Positions 36,770 to 49,320 of a stretch of DNA of 64,000 nt are shown piece by piece. The translations under genes were made by a program, and so were the position numbers. The stretch is from Lama guanicoe (taxonomy: Eukaryota). The notes beneath the pieces are model-generated. The model saw only the letters and a program-made list of their open reading frames with translations. It had not been told where the DNA came from and searched no databases. The stretch lies in contig MU053487.1 of NCBI GenBank assembly GCA_013239625.1, forward strand, positions 2,625,058 to 2,689,057, in the 5' to 3' direction. Positions within the stretch are counted from its first letter, which is position 1, and each line of letters begins with the position of its first letter.

Positions 36770-37515
36770 TTTTTTATATTCCAATGAATTTTTATTTTGT
36801 TACTTTTAAATTTTAATTGAAATGTAGTTGATTTACGATATTGTGTTAGTTTCAGATGTACAGCAAAGTGGTTCTGTTATACATGTGTATGTATATATCT
36901 ATATTCTTTTTAAAAATTCTTTTCCATTATAGTTTATTGCAAGATGCTGAATATAGTTTCCTGTGCTATACAGTAAATCCTGTTATTTATCTATTTTTTA
37001 TACTGTAATGTGCATCTGTTATCCCATACTCCCAATTTATCCCCCCACCACCCATTTGGTAACCATAAGTTTGTTTTCTATGTCTGAGTCTGTTTCTGTT
37101 TTATAAATAAGTTCATTTGTGTCATATTTTAGATTCCATATATAAGTGATATCATATGGTATTTGTCTTTCAATGTCTGACTTACTTCACTCAGTATGAT
37201 CATCTCCAGGTCCATCCATGTTGCTACAAATGGCATTATTTCATTCTTTTCTATGGCTGAGTGATATTCCATTGTATATATATACACCACATCTTCTTTA
37301 TCCAGTCATCTGTTGATGGACACTTAGATTGAATCCACGTCTTGGCTGTTGTAAACAGTGCTGCTATGAACACTGGGGTGCGTGTATCTTTTCAAATTAG
37401 AGCTTTCATCTTTTCCAGATATTTGCCCAGGAGTGGGATTGCTGGGTCGTATCGTAAGTCTGTTTTTAGTTTTTTAAAGACTCTCCATAGTGGTTGCACC
37501 AGTTTACCTTCCCAG
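36770..37515 (-). mobile_element. L1 3' end (artiodactyl-type), inserted in a MER5-like hAT element (about 36655-36765 and 37520-37590)
   Basis: Classic L1 3'UTR (gattccatatataagtgatatcatatggtatttgtc...tccatccatgttgctacaaatggc). Flanks carry gtgcttcccaaacctggctg... and ...ggtttgggagccactg. Confidence 0.85.
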
Positions 37516-37791
37516 CATTTATTATGTAAATCTAAATTTCTAAGTGGTTACTTGAGGATCTGATGTACAGCTGGGTTTGGGAGCCACTGTTTTGTTAAAT
37601 CAAAGACCCGTGCTACAATTTTCACCTGGTATCACTTTTAGCATTTAGTTTACGGAGATTGAGATCAGTGTGTTTTAGATCAGTGCTCCCTAACCTTTTT
37701 TAAACTACCTTACCTTCTAAGAATTTTTGAAATCAACAGATCTCCCCTCCACACACACACTCACACTTTTTTTACATGTAATTTTAGGGAG

Positions 37792-38285
37792 TGTATTAGT
37801 TTTTTTCAATTGCTGCTATAATGTATTACTACAAATTTAGTGGCTTTACACAACACAATTATTATCTTCTAGTTCTGGAGGTCAGAAATCTGACACAGGC
37901 CTCACTGAGCCAAACTCTAGGAGTTATGGGGCTGCATTTCCTTCTGAGCACTCTGAGGATAATCGATTTGAGCTTCTAGAAGCTGCCTTTGTTCCTTAAT
38001 TCATGGGTCCTTTCTTACATCTTCAAAGCCAGCACATCCCTGCCCCTGTTTACACTGTCACATCTCTTTCTCTGACCACAGCCGGGAAATGTTCTCTTCT
38101 TTTATGGATTCTCATGATTCAATGGGGCCCACCCAGATAAGCCAGGAAAACCTTGCCATCTCAAGGTCCTGAACATTAATCACATTTGCGGAGTCCCTTT
38201 TGCCGTATCAAGTAACATATTCACAGCTTCCAGGGATTAGGATGTGAGCATCTTGGTAGTTGGGGGCATTATTCTGCCAAATACA
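37792..38285 (-). mobile_element. MLT1C/D-like solo LTR
   Basis: tgtattagttt...agttctggaggtcagaaatctga...aagtaacatattcacag...gggcattattctgcc...aca. Confidence 0.85.
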
Positions 38286-39599
38286 GAGGCAGAAGCTACC
38301 CGAAATGTGTTAACCCTGGGTTAGGAGTACCTGTTCTAGAAACTGTTCATTCTAGATGTTGCAGTAGCAAGGAATTCAGTTTGGCTGCAAAAAGCAGAGT
38401 TCCCAAAAGTGGTGGCTCCTCTAAGCTGATGTTTAATTTTTCTCGTGCTATAATGAAGTCTCGAGGAAGGGAGCCCAGGTCAGATGCGGCAGCTTTGGGA
38501 TGTGGGGCACCAGATCTCTGCAGTTCTCCTGGCCTTTACTTACAGGTGGCTTTCAGGATGGTGCTGCCCCTCCAGCCACGACCTCTGTCTCTGGTTCAGG
38601 CACGAGAGAGAAGGGCATAGGGTGAAAGTCATAGGTCAGCTGAGTCAGCTCCCCTTTAAAAACCTTCCCAGAAGCACCCCTCACCTCCAGCCTTCCCAAT
38701 AAAATGTGCTTATATGTCACTGGGACACTGGGAAACAGAGTTTTACTTATTTTTTAAGGTAGGCACATTAACATTCCAGGAATTCTGGGCTCTGTGAATA
38801 AGGAAAATGGGAAGTATGGATATCAGGAGACCCGAGCAGTCAGTGGATGGAAACTTGGGTTTTGTTTCCTAAAATTAGAACGGGCCATTTTCACTTGCTT
38901 ATGAACAAAACTCGAGAGAAAGTTAAAAGTAACCTTCAGATCTCCACCAAAGTGCCTCGTCGTCTTACTAGGCTGGCTTTTCTGCGAGCAGTTCAGTCTT
39001 CAAACCATGTTTGGGCATCTACCATGCCAGGCGCTGGGCTGGACCTTGGGGACATGCAGACAGCAAAGGTACTCTTTTCTCCCTAGTCTTTCCCTCTATG
39101 CGAAGGGACAGAGAGTCAAAAAACAAAATACCACACTGTAAGTGTTGAGATACAGGCGTGTAAACAGTGCTGTGGGAACTCAGAAGAGAAAGGTACAGAG
39201 GAAGTGGCACGGAAAGGGTGAGGTGGGAACTGGGCTGGGATGGGGTTTTGCCAGCTGGATAAAAGGGGTGGGATATTCCGGGAAGAAAGAACAACATTAA
39301 AGAAGGCACAGATGGGGGTTGGCGTGGGGGAACCTCTACTGGATGTGCTCGGAGGACAGCTAGAAGCTGCGTGTGGATGGATCGCAGGGTTTGCGGGCAG
39401 TGAAGCAGGAAGGGGGCACAAGGTGGAGATGGAGATAGAGGCTCCCCCCCGGCCCCCTCCCATCTCCCGCCGCTTTGAGTCCCGCTTCAGAGCTCTGGCT
39501 CCAAACTGTAGGAGACGGGAGCCAAGAGGAGGTTTTCAACCTTTAGCCAAGTCTCTGTTGTAGAGTAAAAAAGTAGACAGATGCAAGCAGGAAAATCAC

Positions 39600-40590
39600 A
39601 ATAATGTGGTCAAACTTCCTAACAATGAAAGGGCCATCTCAATATGAATCTTACGTTTATATCTAAAAACAAAGCCCTAAATATAAAAGATTAAAAACTG
39701 ACAGAACTGACAAATAGACAAACCCACCACCATAGTGGAGATTTTAATACACCTCCTTGAATAAGTCATAGAATAAGCAAACTATCGGTAAGGATATACA
39801 AGCTCTGAACCACATGATTAGCACACTTGACCTAATTGGCATACAGAACAGTACTTCCAACTGTGGGTTCTGCATTCTTGTCAAGCACACATAAAAAATT
39901 CACCAACACTAACCATATGCTGGGTCAGAAAGCACATCTCAACAAATTTCAAAGGATTTAAAAAGTACAGAATATGTTCATGACCATAGTGGAATTAAGA
40001 AATTAAGAATGAAAAGATGGTTAGAAAATCCACCCCCCTCCAACTTGGGAATTAAGGCCTGTATGTCAGAGTATCCCATGGGACAAAGGAGAACTAACAA
40101 TTACAATTAGAAAATATTTTGAACATATTAGAACTTATGGGATGCAGCATGAATGGTGCTTACAGGGGAATTGTGTGTGTGTGTTCTATACACACATTTT
40201 ATATGTATAATGTATAAATTTAAATATATAATGTTTAATATAAAATGTATTAATGTATTAGAAAAGAAGTAGAAAAATAGCAAGACTTAAAAAACCTAAG
40301 CATCCATCTCATGGAGCTAGAGAAAAGTATTGCAGGTTAAATCTAGGGAAAGTAGAAGGAAAGAAATCACAAAGGTAAGAATAGACATCAATAAATAAAA
40401 TTTTAAAGTTAAAAAAAGTAAATGCATTATAGAAAAAAATCACCATAGTCAAAAGTGGGTTCTTTGAAAAAATTAATAAAATTAATAACTCCTACAAAGA
40501 CATACCAACAAATAAAGACCAAAAACACAAGTTACAAAAAACAGGCATGAAAATGTTGACATCATTATAGATTCTACAGACATTGAAAAG
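39600..40590 (+). mobile_element. L1 ORF2 (endonuclease region) remnant
   Basis: accatagtgggagattttaatacacct encodes TIVGDFNTP. A-rich L1 sense strand. Confidence 0.8.
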
Positions 40591-40939
40591 GTAATGATCA
40601 TGATAGTGTGGTCAAGGAAAGACAAGGGCTTGGACTGAACCCTGGGCAGTAGAGATGAGAATAAGTTGATGGGTTTGAGAGCTTGAGAAGGTGGAATAAC
40701 AGGACTAATTGGATTGGGTATGGGAGAGGAATAGATATCACACCTTGTGCTGAGCTTTCTCTTAGGTGACTAGGTGGCCAAGGGGCGCCACTGGTGAGGC
40801 CAGGCAGCTCAGATACAGAAACAAGCTTGAGGAAACTGGGCTAAAACCAACTTTTCCCAATTTAATGTTATTGCTTTTTTTGGGCTTGGTATCTAAAAAA
40901 GAAATAAACCAAAACAGACAACAAAAAATCCAAACCCTC

Positions 40940-41620
40940 AAAACACCCAGAAAATAACCAGTGTTATGAGAATGTAGAGAAATTGAAAATCTGTGCACTG
41001 TTTGTGGAAATGTAAAATCATTCAGTCACTGTGGAAAACCATATGGTGGTTCCTCAAAAAATTAAAAATAAAACTACCATATTATCCAGCAATTCCACTG
41101 TTAGGTATATACCCTAAACAATTGAAGGCCCTTATCTGAAACGGATAACTGTAAATCTGTATTCATAGCAGCATTATTCACAGTAGCCAAAAGATAGAAA
41201 CAAACTTAAGTCTCCATCAAAGAATCAATAAAGAAAGAAAATGTGGTGTATAATACAATGGAGTATTATTCAGCCCTTTAAAAGGAAAGAAATTCTGATG
41301 CATACTACCACATGGGCCTTGAGGGCATTATATTAAGTGGAATAAGTCAGGCACAAAAAGACAAATATTGTCTGATTGTTTTCACGTGGGGCGCTTAGTC
41401 AAGTTCACAGACAGAATCGTTGCTAAGGGCTAGGGGGAGGGGAGAAATGAGGGGTTAACTGTTCAATGGATATAGAGTTGTAGTTTTGCAAGATAAAGTT
41501 CTAGAGCTCAGTGGTGACGACGGCTGCTTAACAGTGTAAATGTACTTATGCCACGAAACTATACACTTAAAGATGGTTAAGATAGTAAGTTTTTTGTTAT
41601 GTGTGTTTTTTATCCCGATT
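40940..41620 (+). mobile_element. L1M 3' end immediately upstream of the ITGA9 promoter
   Basis: tatccagcaattccactgttaggtatatacccta...attcatagcagcattattcacagtagcc...acacttaaagatggttaagatagtaa. Confidence 0.85.
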
Positions 41621-41719
41621 AAACACACACACGTACACACAGGGCTGGACCTCAGCTCGAGGTTCTGATGTAGCAGGTCTGGATTGGGACCTTCTGATCT
41701 GCATTTGTACATTCCCAGG

Positions 41720-41720
<1 letters not shown>

Positions 41721-41753
<33 letters not shown>
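41721..41753 (+). repeat. (GCT)11 trinucleotide microsatellite inside a MER5-like remnant (about 41655-41760)
   Basis: Eleven perfect GCT units preceded by ttctgatgtagcaggtctgg...tctgcatt...cccaggt. Confidence 0.95.
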
Positions 41754-42465
41754 AACACGCAGGGATCAGTGGCGTAGGAGGCCAGGTGAGTGTAATTAGG
41801 AGGGGGCCTCTGCTCACTCCCACGTGGCTGTCGTTGTTATTAACAACAGCGTCGATGGCGCGCTAGCCTGCTGCAGGTTATCTCACAGCGGGGTGAAGGG
41901 GCAGCGGATGGGCAGGGCTGGAATATAAACTTCACCGGCTTCCTCTGGCCATTGGTGTGAGTGAGAGGCTGAGAGAGCAAACAGCCTCAGCAGAGCGGGC
42001 AGAGCACGCAGCTGCGGGCAGGGTTAGGGTGGTCTCGCACCCAGCACCCGGGCGCGCAGGGAGGTGGGGCGTCCCGGCGGGTCTCCCGGTTTCTCCGCGG
42101 CGGCCGGAGGCGGTGAGAACTCCCGGCCCGCAGGGGGCGCTGCCGCCCTGTTCTGCCGCCGGCCGCCCAGGCCGCCCACCCCGCGGGCGCGCCTCTCCGC
42201 AGTCCAGCGCCGCCCGGCCCGGGACCCACTCGCTCCCGGCGCGCACACTTCTCAGCCGGACGGAGGACGCCGCCCGCTCCTGGCCGCTCCTCTGCTCACC
42301 CGCGGCGCCCGCTCGACCTCCGGCCCCCGGCCCGGTGCCGCCTCACGCCCGCGTCCGAGCGCCGAGCTCCGGCCCCTGGGAGGCTCCCGGCCGTCGGCGG
42401 ACCCGCCGCCGGCGCGCTTGGCGCCCCGCTCGCGGGGCACAGCGGAGGGCGGCCCCCGGCTGGGG

Positions 42466-42650
42466 CTGGGCGGCCCAGCGGCGCGGAGGGGCGCCGGGGG
42501 GCTCCGCGCGCTGCTCCTGGCGCTAGTGGCTGCGGGGACCCCCGTGGGCGCCTACAACCTCGACCCACAGCGCCCCGTGCGCTTTCAGGGTCCCGCCGGC
42601 TCCTTCTTCGGCTACGCGGTGCTGGAGCACTTCCACGACAACACGCGCTG
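42466..42650 (+). CDS. ITGA9: ITGA9 (integrin alpha-9) coding exon 1: signal peptide and start of the beta-propeller; first codon is CTG
   Basis: (L/M)GGPAARRGAGGLRALLLALVAAGTPVGA-YNLDPQRPVRFQGPAGSFFGYAVLEHFHDNTRW matches recalled human ITGA9. 185 coding nt. Donor TG|GTGAGT. Confidence 0.95.
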
Positions 42651-42717
42651 GTGAGTGCCCTCCGGCCCCGGCGCCGACCCCGGTCCCGGCCCGGCTGCCC
42701 CCGCCGCAGCTCCCCGG

Positions 42718-42740
42718 CCGCCGCCGCCGCCGCCGCCGCC
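42718..42740 (+). repeat. (CCG)7 microsatellite at the start of ITGA9 intron 1
   Basis: Seen directly. Confidence 0.9.
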
Positions 42741-45700
42741 TTTCCGGCCTCTCCACGCCGCGGTCCCGAGGGGGCGATTTAAATGTCTCCGCTGCGCGCA
42801 GCCCGGCCGCCGAGGGAAGGCGGCGGGGAGGGAGGACGCCGGTCCCGGGCCGCGGACATCTCGAGGGGTGCCGGAGTCGCCAGGGGCCGGGGGCCTCCCA
42901 GGCTGGGAGAACCGCCGGGGTTGGTTGTTTCTCGGCCTCCCAGCCAGACTCGGCTTAACTCTTTGGACCGCAGAGTAACTTGGCTCCTCTGCCCCCGAGA
43001 GGCCCCGGCGGCCCGTCCAGCACCCCGAACGCCCCGGGCCCGAGGAGACAGGCAGACTCCTCGGCTTGGGGAACTCTCGGTGACACCGCGTCCGCCTCTC
43101 CCCGGCGTCCAGCCTCTCCCGCCGGCGCAGGTTGCGCGCAGGAAACAGCGTAACGCCCAGATGTGAGGGGAGTGGGCTGGGTATGCGTGGCGGGAGGCCG
43201 CATGTGGGGTTCCCTCAGGTCCCCTCCTCCCTTACCAGGCTGTCCGCCGAAGCTGAGAGGGTCTGGGAGGCAGGGGCCGGGGATGGCCCAGGACCCCCAG
43301 TGACAAGGCCGGTGGCGGGGTGGGGCTGGTGGGTGATTTCTGGGGCAGCCTGGGCCTCTTCTCACGGGAGGCAGCTGACCTGGAGACAAGCACTCTGTAG
43401 AGGTCCAGGAGTCCAGCTGCCCCGAGTGTCCCCCTCGGAGACCCAAAGAGTGGGAGTTCTCCCCATTAAGCACCGTTGTCAGGGGGCAGAGCCTGAGTCC
43501 CCAACCTGAGGAGAAGCACTGGGGAAGGTTGGTCTCTCCTTGGCCCTTTTCCCTGGACATGAGTAAATGAAACAGCCACACGAGGGGTCACCCACTCCTC
43601 AGAAGAGTTTGGGTGTGGAGAGTTCCCCAGTCAGGGCCGAGGGGACAGCTAGTCGGGGGCTGGTTTTATTGTGTGGTCACCAGGGTGTGCATCCTTAGGG
43701 GTTGCTTGCTGGGAGGGCGAGGTCAGTCGTGTGTGCACTCAGCGTGGGTTCTGCAGGAGTCACTGCTCCGAATTGGACAGAAGTTGATGGAAAAGGGAGG
43801 GTTTGTAGATTCAAGTCGCCAAACATTCCTAGAAAAGCGGGGACTCTGTGACCAGCCAGCCTTCTAACAATCATGCTGTTGAGGAGAGCTGCCCTCAGGA
43901 GAACAAGTTTTTAAAATTCTTGTGTAGCTCCCTTCTGGTTCCCATCTCCCTCCATATTGTCTACCCTAGTTGCTGAGTTTAAGGCCAACTGTCTCTTCCT
44001 GCATTTGCCAACTCCCCTTTTAAAGCAAAAAGCAGGCTGACACTTTTTCTGTGTCCTCCATACTTGGAGTCCACTGTAGACTTTGGATTCAGTAGAGAAT
44101 GCAGCCTAGACAGGAGAGTTGGAGAACGCATCCCAGAATCCTAGGCTGGGCTCCCGGACTGTGTGACCTTGGCACAAGGCACGTGGGGAGGGCTGTCAAA
44201 AACAGAAGGGTTACTCTGGGGCAAGGGGCTGCTGAGGAGGCAAGGGAACTGGAGCATCGCGTGGGATCTGTTGCTACCTAAGCCTTGTTGGTCTCCGAGC
44301 TCTTTGCGCTCTTAAACAGAAAGAGAGGTACTAGGACCCCATCACCTGGATTTGGATGGGCTACAGGTTAAAGCTGCCCTAACTCAAAACAAGTAGAGGG
44401 AGTCAAGAGCAGATCTGCCCCTGAAAAGGCGTTCATCCTGCTTTGTTTTAAAAAAGGGCTGAGGAAAGGCTGTGCAGTGAGAGTAAATTTGGCAAGTGCA
44501 GGAGAAGAACCAGGGTACCAGGTAGGGAGAGAGTAAGGACAGACGGCAGTGCTGATGCATGGCCTTGGTGTCCGTGGAGATGTGGGACAGATATTTCAGG
44601 GGACTGTAGGAGCCCATCCACAGCCAGGCTGCTGGTCTCAAAAGTGCTCTCTCCGCTTCTGATACTGAAACTCTTTCCTTTGGAGTGCTTGTCCCATAAT
44701 TTTTCAAGTACCAAGTAATCTCTACTGAAATCTTTTTAAAGCAGCTGTTCTTTTTCCTTCCTCCTCTCTCCCACTGCTTAATTTTGTTAGTTTTTGCTTA
44801 TCGCCTTGACTTCTGTTCTCTTGTTTCTTCCGAGTATCTCCCTCCCTATCTTTTTTCTCTCCTCTCTCTTCCCCCAGTATTCTTGGTCTTAGACATTGAA
44901 CGTTTTTCTCTGCTGATTATGCTGCCAGTCTTGATACGCTGTGGCCTTTGAAGCAAGAGGCTTCCAGCATCTCCTTTTTCCTTCTCTTTCTTTCCTTTAT
45001 TTTTCGAGGCTAGACTTACTGTGAGGCTAATAAAACTTCCACCAAAGGCCTCTCACTTGCACAGGCCCCTACTGAGGCCGTGTGTCTGATTCTATACTCA
45101 TAATTTTGTATTGATTTCTTTAAGGTAGCTGCCCTATACTTATAAGATTCAGGCTCTGTGGAATCTGGATCTACCCTAGGTCTCCACCTTAAATTTCAGC
45201 TCTGGGGTTGGTTGATTGACTTAGTGAGTGATTGCTGGGCTCTTCCTACCAGGCAGTCCTTGGGCTTTGGATCTTTTAGCTTTTCTTGAGGAACATGCAG
45301 GTTGTTTCCAATTATCCACGATTATAAACAACAGCAGGGTAAACATCCTTCTAACGAAAGCCTTGCGGACATCCTTAATTAATTCCTTTGAATAAGTTCC
45401 TGAGCTTAGAATTGCTGGTCAGAAAGGAGGGAGGTTTTAAAGCATTTTCTCTGCATTTCCAAAGTGCCACTGAAGCTGAAGTGTGTACTTGAGAGAAATG
45501 TTTTAACTTACTCAGGCACTGGAATCTTGGAGTAATTTGCCAAAGTGCTGTTCCAGTACAATGGAAGCGCATAGTCACTTACATGAAGGGAACTTAAAAA
45601 AAAAAATGACAAGGAATCAAACTGGGTGTGGGAGGTAAGTGATAGACAAGAAGAGGAAAAGTAATGTATTGAAACTTTGAAAGGAAAAGAGCACAATGTT

Positions 45701-46859
45701 TATTAAGCCTTGTACCTACTGTCTTTCTCCTAGAGCAGAAATTACTCATTTCTTCATTCAGTCTTAGTGGTTGAATAAGTTTGCATCATGCTAATTCAAC
45801 ACCTTTTTCCAGGTGAGAGGGTTTAGTGAATGTAGGGTAAGGGAGGGAGCAGAGCGTGCTTGGGGAGAGCCCAGGACCACGGTCAGTGGGGGCTACAGGT
45901 GGCAGAGCTGAGGGGGTCCCCATGTGAAGGGACTCTGGGTGCACATCACAAGGCACCTGCGCACACTCTGTCAGTAGAACCAGTATTTCTTCTCTGGCCC
46001 TAGAACTGAGCATTCCTGTCAGTTCTTTTTCAAAGCAAAATTGTCACTGATCAGAGGGCCTAAGGGATGCGGTGGCCTTGCTTTTCCAAGCCCTGGGGAC
46101 TGTGTCCTGCATCTGCAGTCGTACTGTGTTGAGAACAGAGCCCCAGACCCAGCCTCTCTCCAGGTGTTTGGCTTGAGTGGGCCCTCTGCCGCCATCTGGG
46201 CAGTGAGAGTTGCCCCCATGGCCACGTGGACCAGAATATTCGAGGCAGTGTTAGAGATGTCATTTGTATCAGTTTAGATGCAAACATGCAAGTGACTCAG
46301 TTTCTTTTTTTCTGGGGGCACCCAGCGGGCGTCTGCCTGCCCAGAGCTAGCTTCTTCCCCCAGACCTCCCACTGCCCGGGTCTGCTTGTACTGTTCGAAC
46401 AACAGCAGTAGGTGCCAGGAATCACGGACAAAGCAGATTTCTGTCCCTTTCCCTTAGACATGGCCTGGCCCCTCAGCTGCAGGGCAGACGACTGTAACAC
46501 CCTGAGTTAGAAATAAGTGCAGCCCGGCCAGCGTCCAGCCCCCAGAGGAGGTTTCTTTCACACCCTCCCCTCCTTCCTCTTGGCCCCAGACGCCCTCGAG
46601 TCTGAGGTGGCTGGGTGCGTTGGCTTCCTTTCTGGAGACGTGCTTCCTGCTCCCTCTCCCGGGACACATCAAGATGGCTGTGCTCAGACCCAGAGCAAGT
46701 GCTCGGAAATGGAAGAGGCGCCGGCGTTTTGCTTTGTTAAGGTTGTCAGAGCATCATTCAGTGAGAACAGGAGGCGATTCAGAGCCAAGGGGAGCATAAC
46801 ATCCTCAGTTGGCATTAAGACGGGGAATTAAAAGAGCGAGCTAGACAGTCCCACTCCCC

Positions 46860-47050
46860 TGCCAGTGCAGTTGCCACAAGCCAGATGTATGGCTATTTAA
46901 ATCAAAAGTAATTACAACTAAAATGGAGAATTTAGTTCTGCAGTCACACTCACTACATTTCAAGTTCTCGATAGCCACGTGTGCCTAGTGGCTGCTGTAA
47001 CCGACAACACACTACTTTTTCATCATTGTAGAAAGTTCTAGACAGTGCTG
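46860..47050. mobile_element. MER3/MER33-like hAT-Charlie DNA transposon
   Basis: cagtcacactcactacatttcaagttctcgatagccacgtgtgcctagtggctgc...gaaagttctagacagtgctg. Confidence 0.75.
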
Positions 47051-48159
47051 GTTTAGAGCAATGGCTTGTGTCCTAAAGGGCTAGACAAAGATCCAAAGGC
47101 AATGTAAGAAGAAAAGTTACCTGTCACGTATCTGAGTGTTTAAACTGAAAGGAGGGAGCTTAAATCTAACTGAAAATTCACCTTGGGCAGCTTCTTTCTG
47201 TCCATCAAACCTTGCTCTGTGCTTAGGACTGGGGATTCAAGAAGCAGAAATGCACTCACAGTCTGATAGGTGAGGTGATTGTGGGTCTCTGGTTTTGGGT
47301 GTCAGGCAAAAATAAGACTTTGGCTCCAATCAGGGAGAGGCTTGTCCTTGGGCAGGCACGGTGGTTCAGATGGGCAGAGGAACCCTGTGATGGTAAAACC
47401 TTTAGCAGTGGTCCCTGGGGTCATGGGCCCTGCTCCCCACCCTCACCTTCGCCTGACTTTGTGAGGAGACACCCAGGAATGGTGGTGGCGGCCATGCCTT
47501 CTTATAACCCCTGGTGGCGTCTTTACCGAGTTCTTCAGTGGCAGGCCAGGCTTTCGGGCAGGGCGGTAGCTCCACTTCCCCATCTGGATTTTCTGGAAGT
47601 AGCTTTTTCAGACCTTGTTCCTGGTTCTCACTGGCCCTGCAGAGCCTCCTTTCTCAAAGCACTCAGGAAGAGATGACACGTGTATGAGGCCCGAGTTCCA
47701 AGGGGACCCGGAAAGCGCCCCGTGGGGTTTCCCTGAAGATCTTGAGAAGCTGGTGAGGGTGCTGTTTGCTGAGCTAGTGCTGAACGCGGGCTGGGGCAGA
47801 GGCAGCTGTCCTGCTAGGGAGGGAACCTTACAGGGCCAAAGACAGTCTCTTCTCAGCCAGCCACTAATAGCCCTGAGTGTGAGAGTGTGAAGGGCTGGGC
47901 CCCAGCCAGCTCTCAGTCCCTGGTGACCTGCTGCTGGTCAGGAAATGGTCTCCTTCTGATAACTCCTCTTGTGATTTGCCTGGGGGAAGATGCTGTTTTC
48001 AGGCTTATTAAAAATGGCCATGGTGTTCTCAGAAACCACTGTAATTTTAAGAAATCAAAATTAATGATTCCACCAGATAGTGTTGGCCGAGCATCCACCA
48101 AGAGGTCTGATGCTTTCACAAGTGTATTAGTCTCTGGTTGAATCTTTGGGACAACCCGG

Positions 48160-48700
48160 TGAGTGGTTTCCAGTTTGCCAGTCAGAGAGCAGAGGCTTAC
48201 AGAGTTACCATGCTCTGTCCGAGGTCCACCCCAGCCTCAGTGATCCACGCACACTGACTTGGGGCTTGGGTCAGTTTGGATCCTCTGGGAAGCAGATGCT
48301 GAGAGAGAGATGGGGTGTAACAGAAATACTGGGGGATGGGGGAAGGCCTGTGAAAGAGCAGGGGGAGGAAAGAGGACTGGGCAGGGAGAACCTTGGACTG
48401 TGATGCAGATCTGGTTAAAGTCTCAGGCAACTCAATAGGGCTACTGCCTCACCCCTGACCCCGTGATTGTGACCAGTCCCTGTGGCTACATGGGAAGAGC
48501 ATGGCCTCAGCTGGATTGTCCTGAAGGGGCCACAGCTGGAGGCTGTCAACTGCCTGTCTCCTTACCAACAAAGGCTGTGAGGTGGTGGCTGTGGAACGAT
48601 CACGTGTGGGTGGCTCTGTCAGGAGGTAGGAGGTGTGTTTCTTAGCCAGCAGTTGTGGCTGGGAGTCATCTGTGCCTTTGCTCACCCCCTGTATCAGTGT
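48160..48700. mobile_element. ERVL-class LTR remnant
   Basis: gaagcagatgctgaga...gcctgtgaaag...gggcagggagaacctt...gatgcagatctg pattern. Confidence 0.5.
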
Positions 48701-49089
48701 GGGGAGCGCTGGGGTTCTGGGCTTTTAGAATGGGCCCAGAAGCAGACTCTTTCTGTCCTCAGGGAAGTCGCAGGTGACTGGGGAGGAAGAAGAGCACTCC
48801 ATCTTTCCTTGAGCCATTGAGCCATTGATGAGCCCCGACTGGAGGGAGCAGGGAGACCTCGGCCCCCCGTACCTTGTGAACCACAAATCCTTAAGCCATG
48901 CGGATTTGGTGACCAACCAAAGTGTGTCAAGTGCTTTATCATGACCCTCCTTTTTACCAGAGGGAGGCTTAGGAAGTGAAAGTGAACCCAAGAGTGGGAA
49001 AAATCTAGTCTTTGAAACTACAGGCTCACTTGGTCTCCAGTTTCTGCTTTTGGAGGGAATGAAAAAGGCTTCTGCTGTGAGTTTAAATC

Positions 49090-49320
49090 TGCAGCAGCAA
49101 CAGCAATACGCTTGCTGGGTGCTTAGCCCGCGCTGAGCACTGTTCCACCTGCTCGGTGTTTGTTAGCTCACAGTGTTCCCTCCAGTTGTTTCAGTTACCG
49201 TTTTAGCCCCACTCACAGAGGGGAAAACTGAGGCACAGAAGTGTTGTTGCCCAAGTCACATGGTGACAGGATGGTAGAGCTGGGGCCAGCACCTTCTCTC
49301 CAGAAGTCAAGAGTCTGAGT
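49090..49320 (-). mobile_element. MIR SINE
   Basis: ccccactcacagaggggaaaactgaggcacagaag...ttgcccaagtcaca. Confidence 0.75.

Larger units (their letters stand above)
41850..43200. promoter_or_regulatory. ITGA9: ITGA9 CpG island / promoter
   Basis: Very GC- and CpG-rich sequence spanning exon 1, with multiple GC boxes. TATAAA at 41924-41929, function unproven. Confidence 0.9.

Noticed and set aside
42064..42654. 196-aa ORF-track protein taken as the ITGA9 N-terminus
   Set aside because: It starts at GTG, not ATG. Homology to ITGA9 begins only at 42466, and the ORF's stop lies in intron 1.
41932..43581. Many long overlapping Pro/Arg/Gly-rich ORFs on both strands
   Set aside because: Expected from stop-codon scarcity in a CpG island. 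No recognisable protein.
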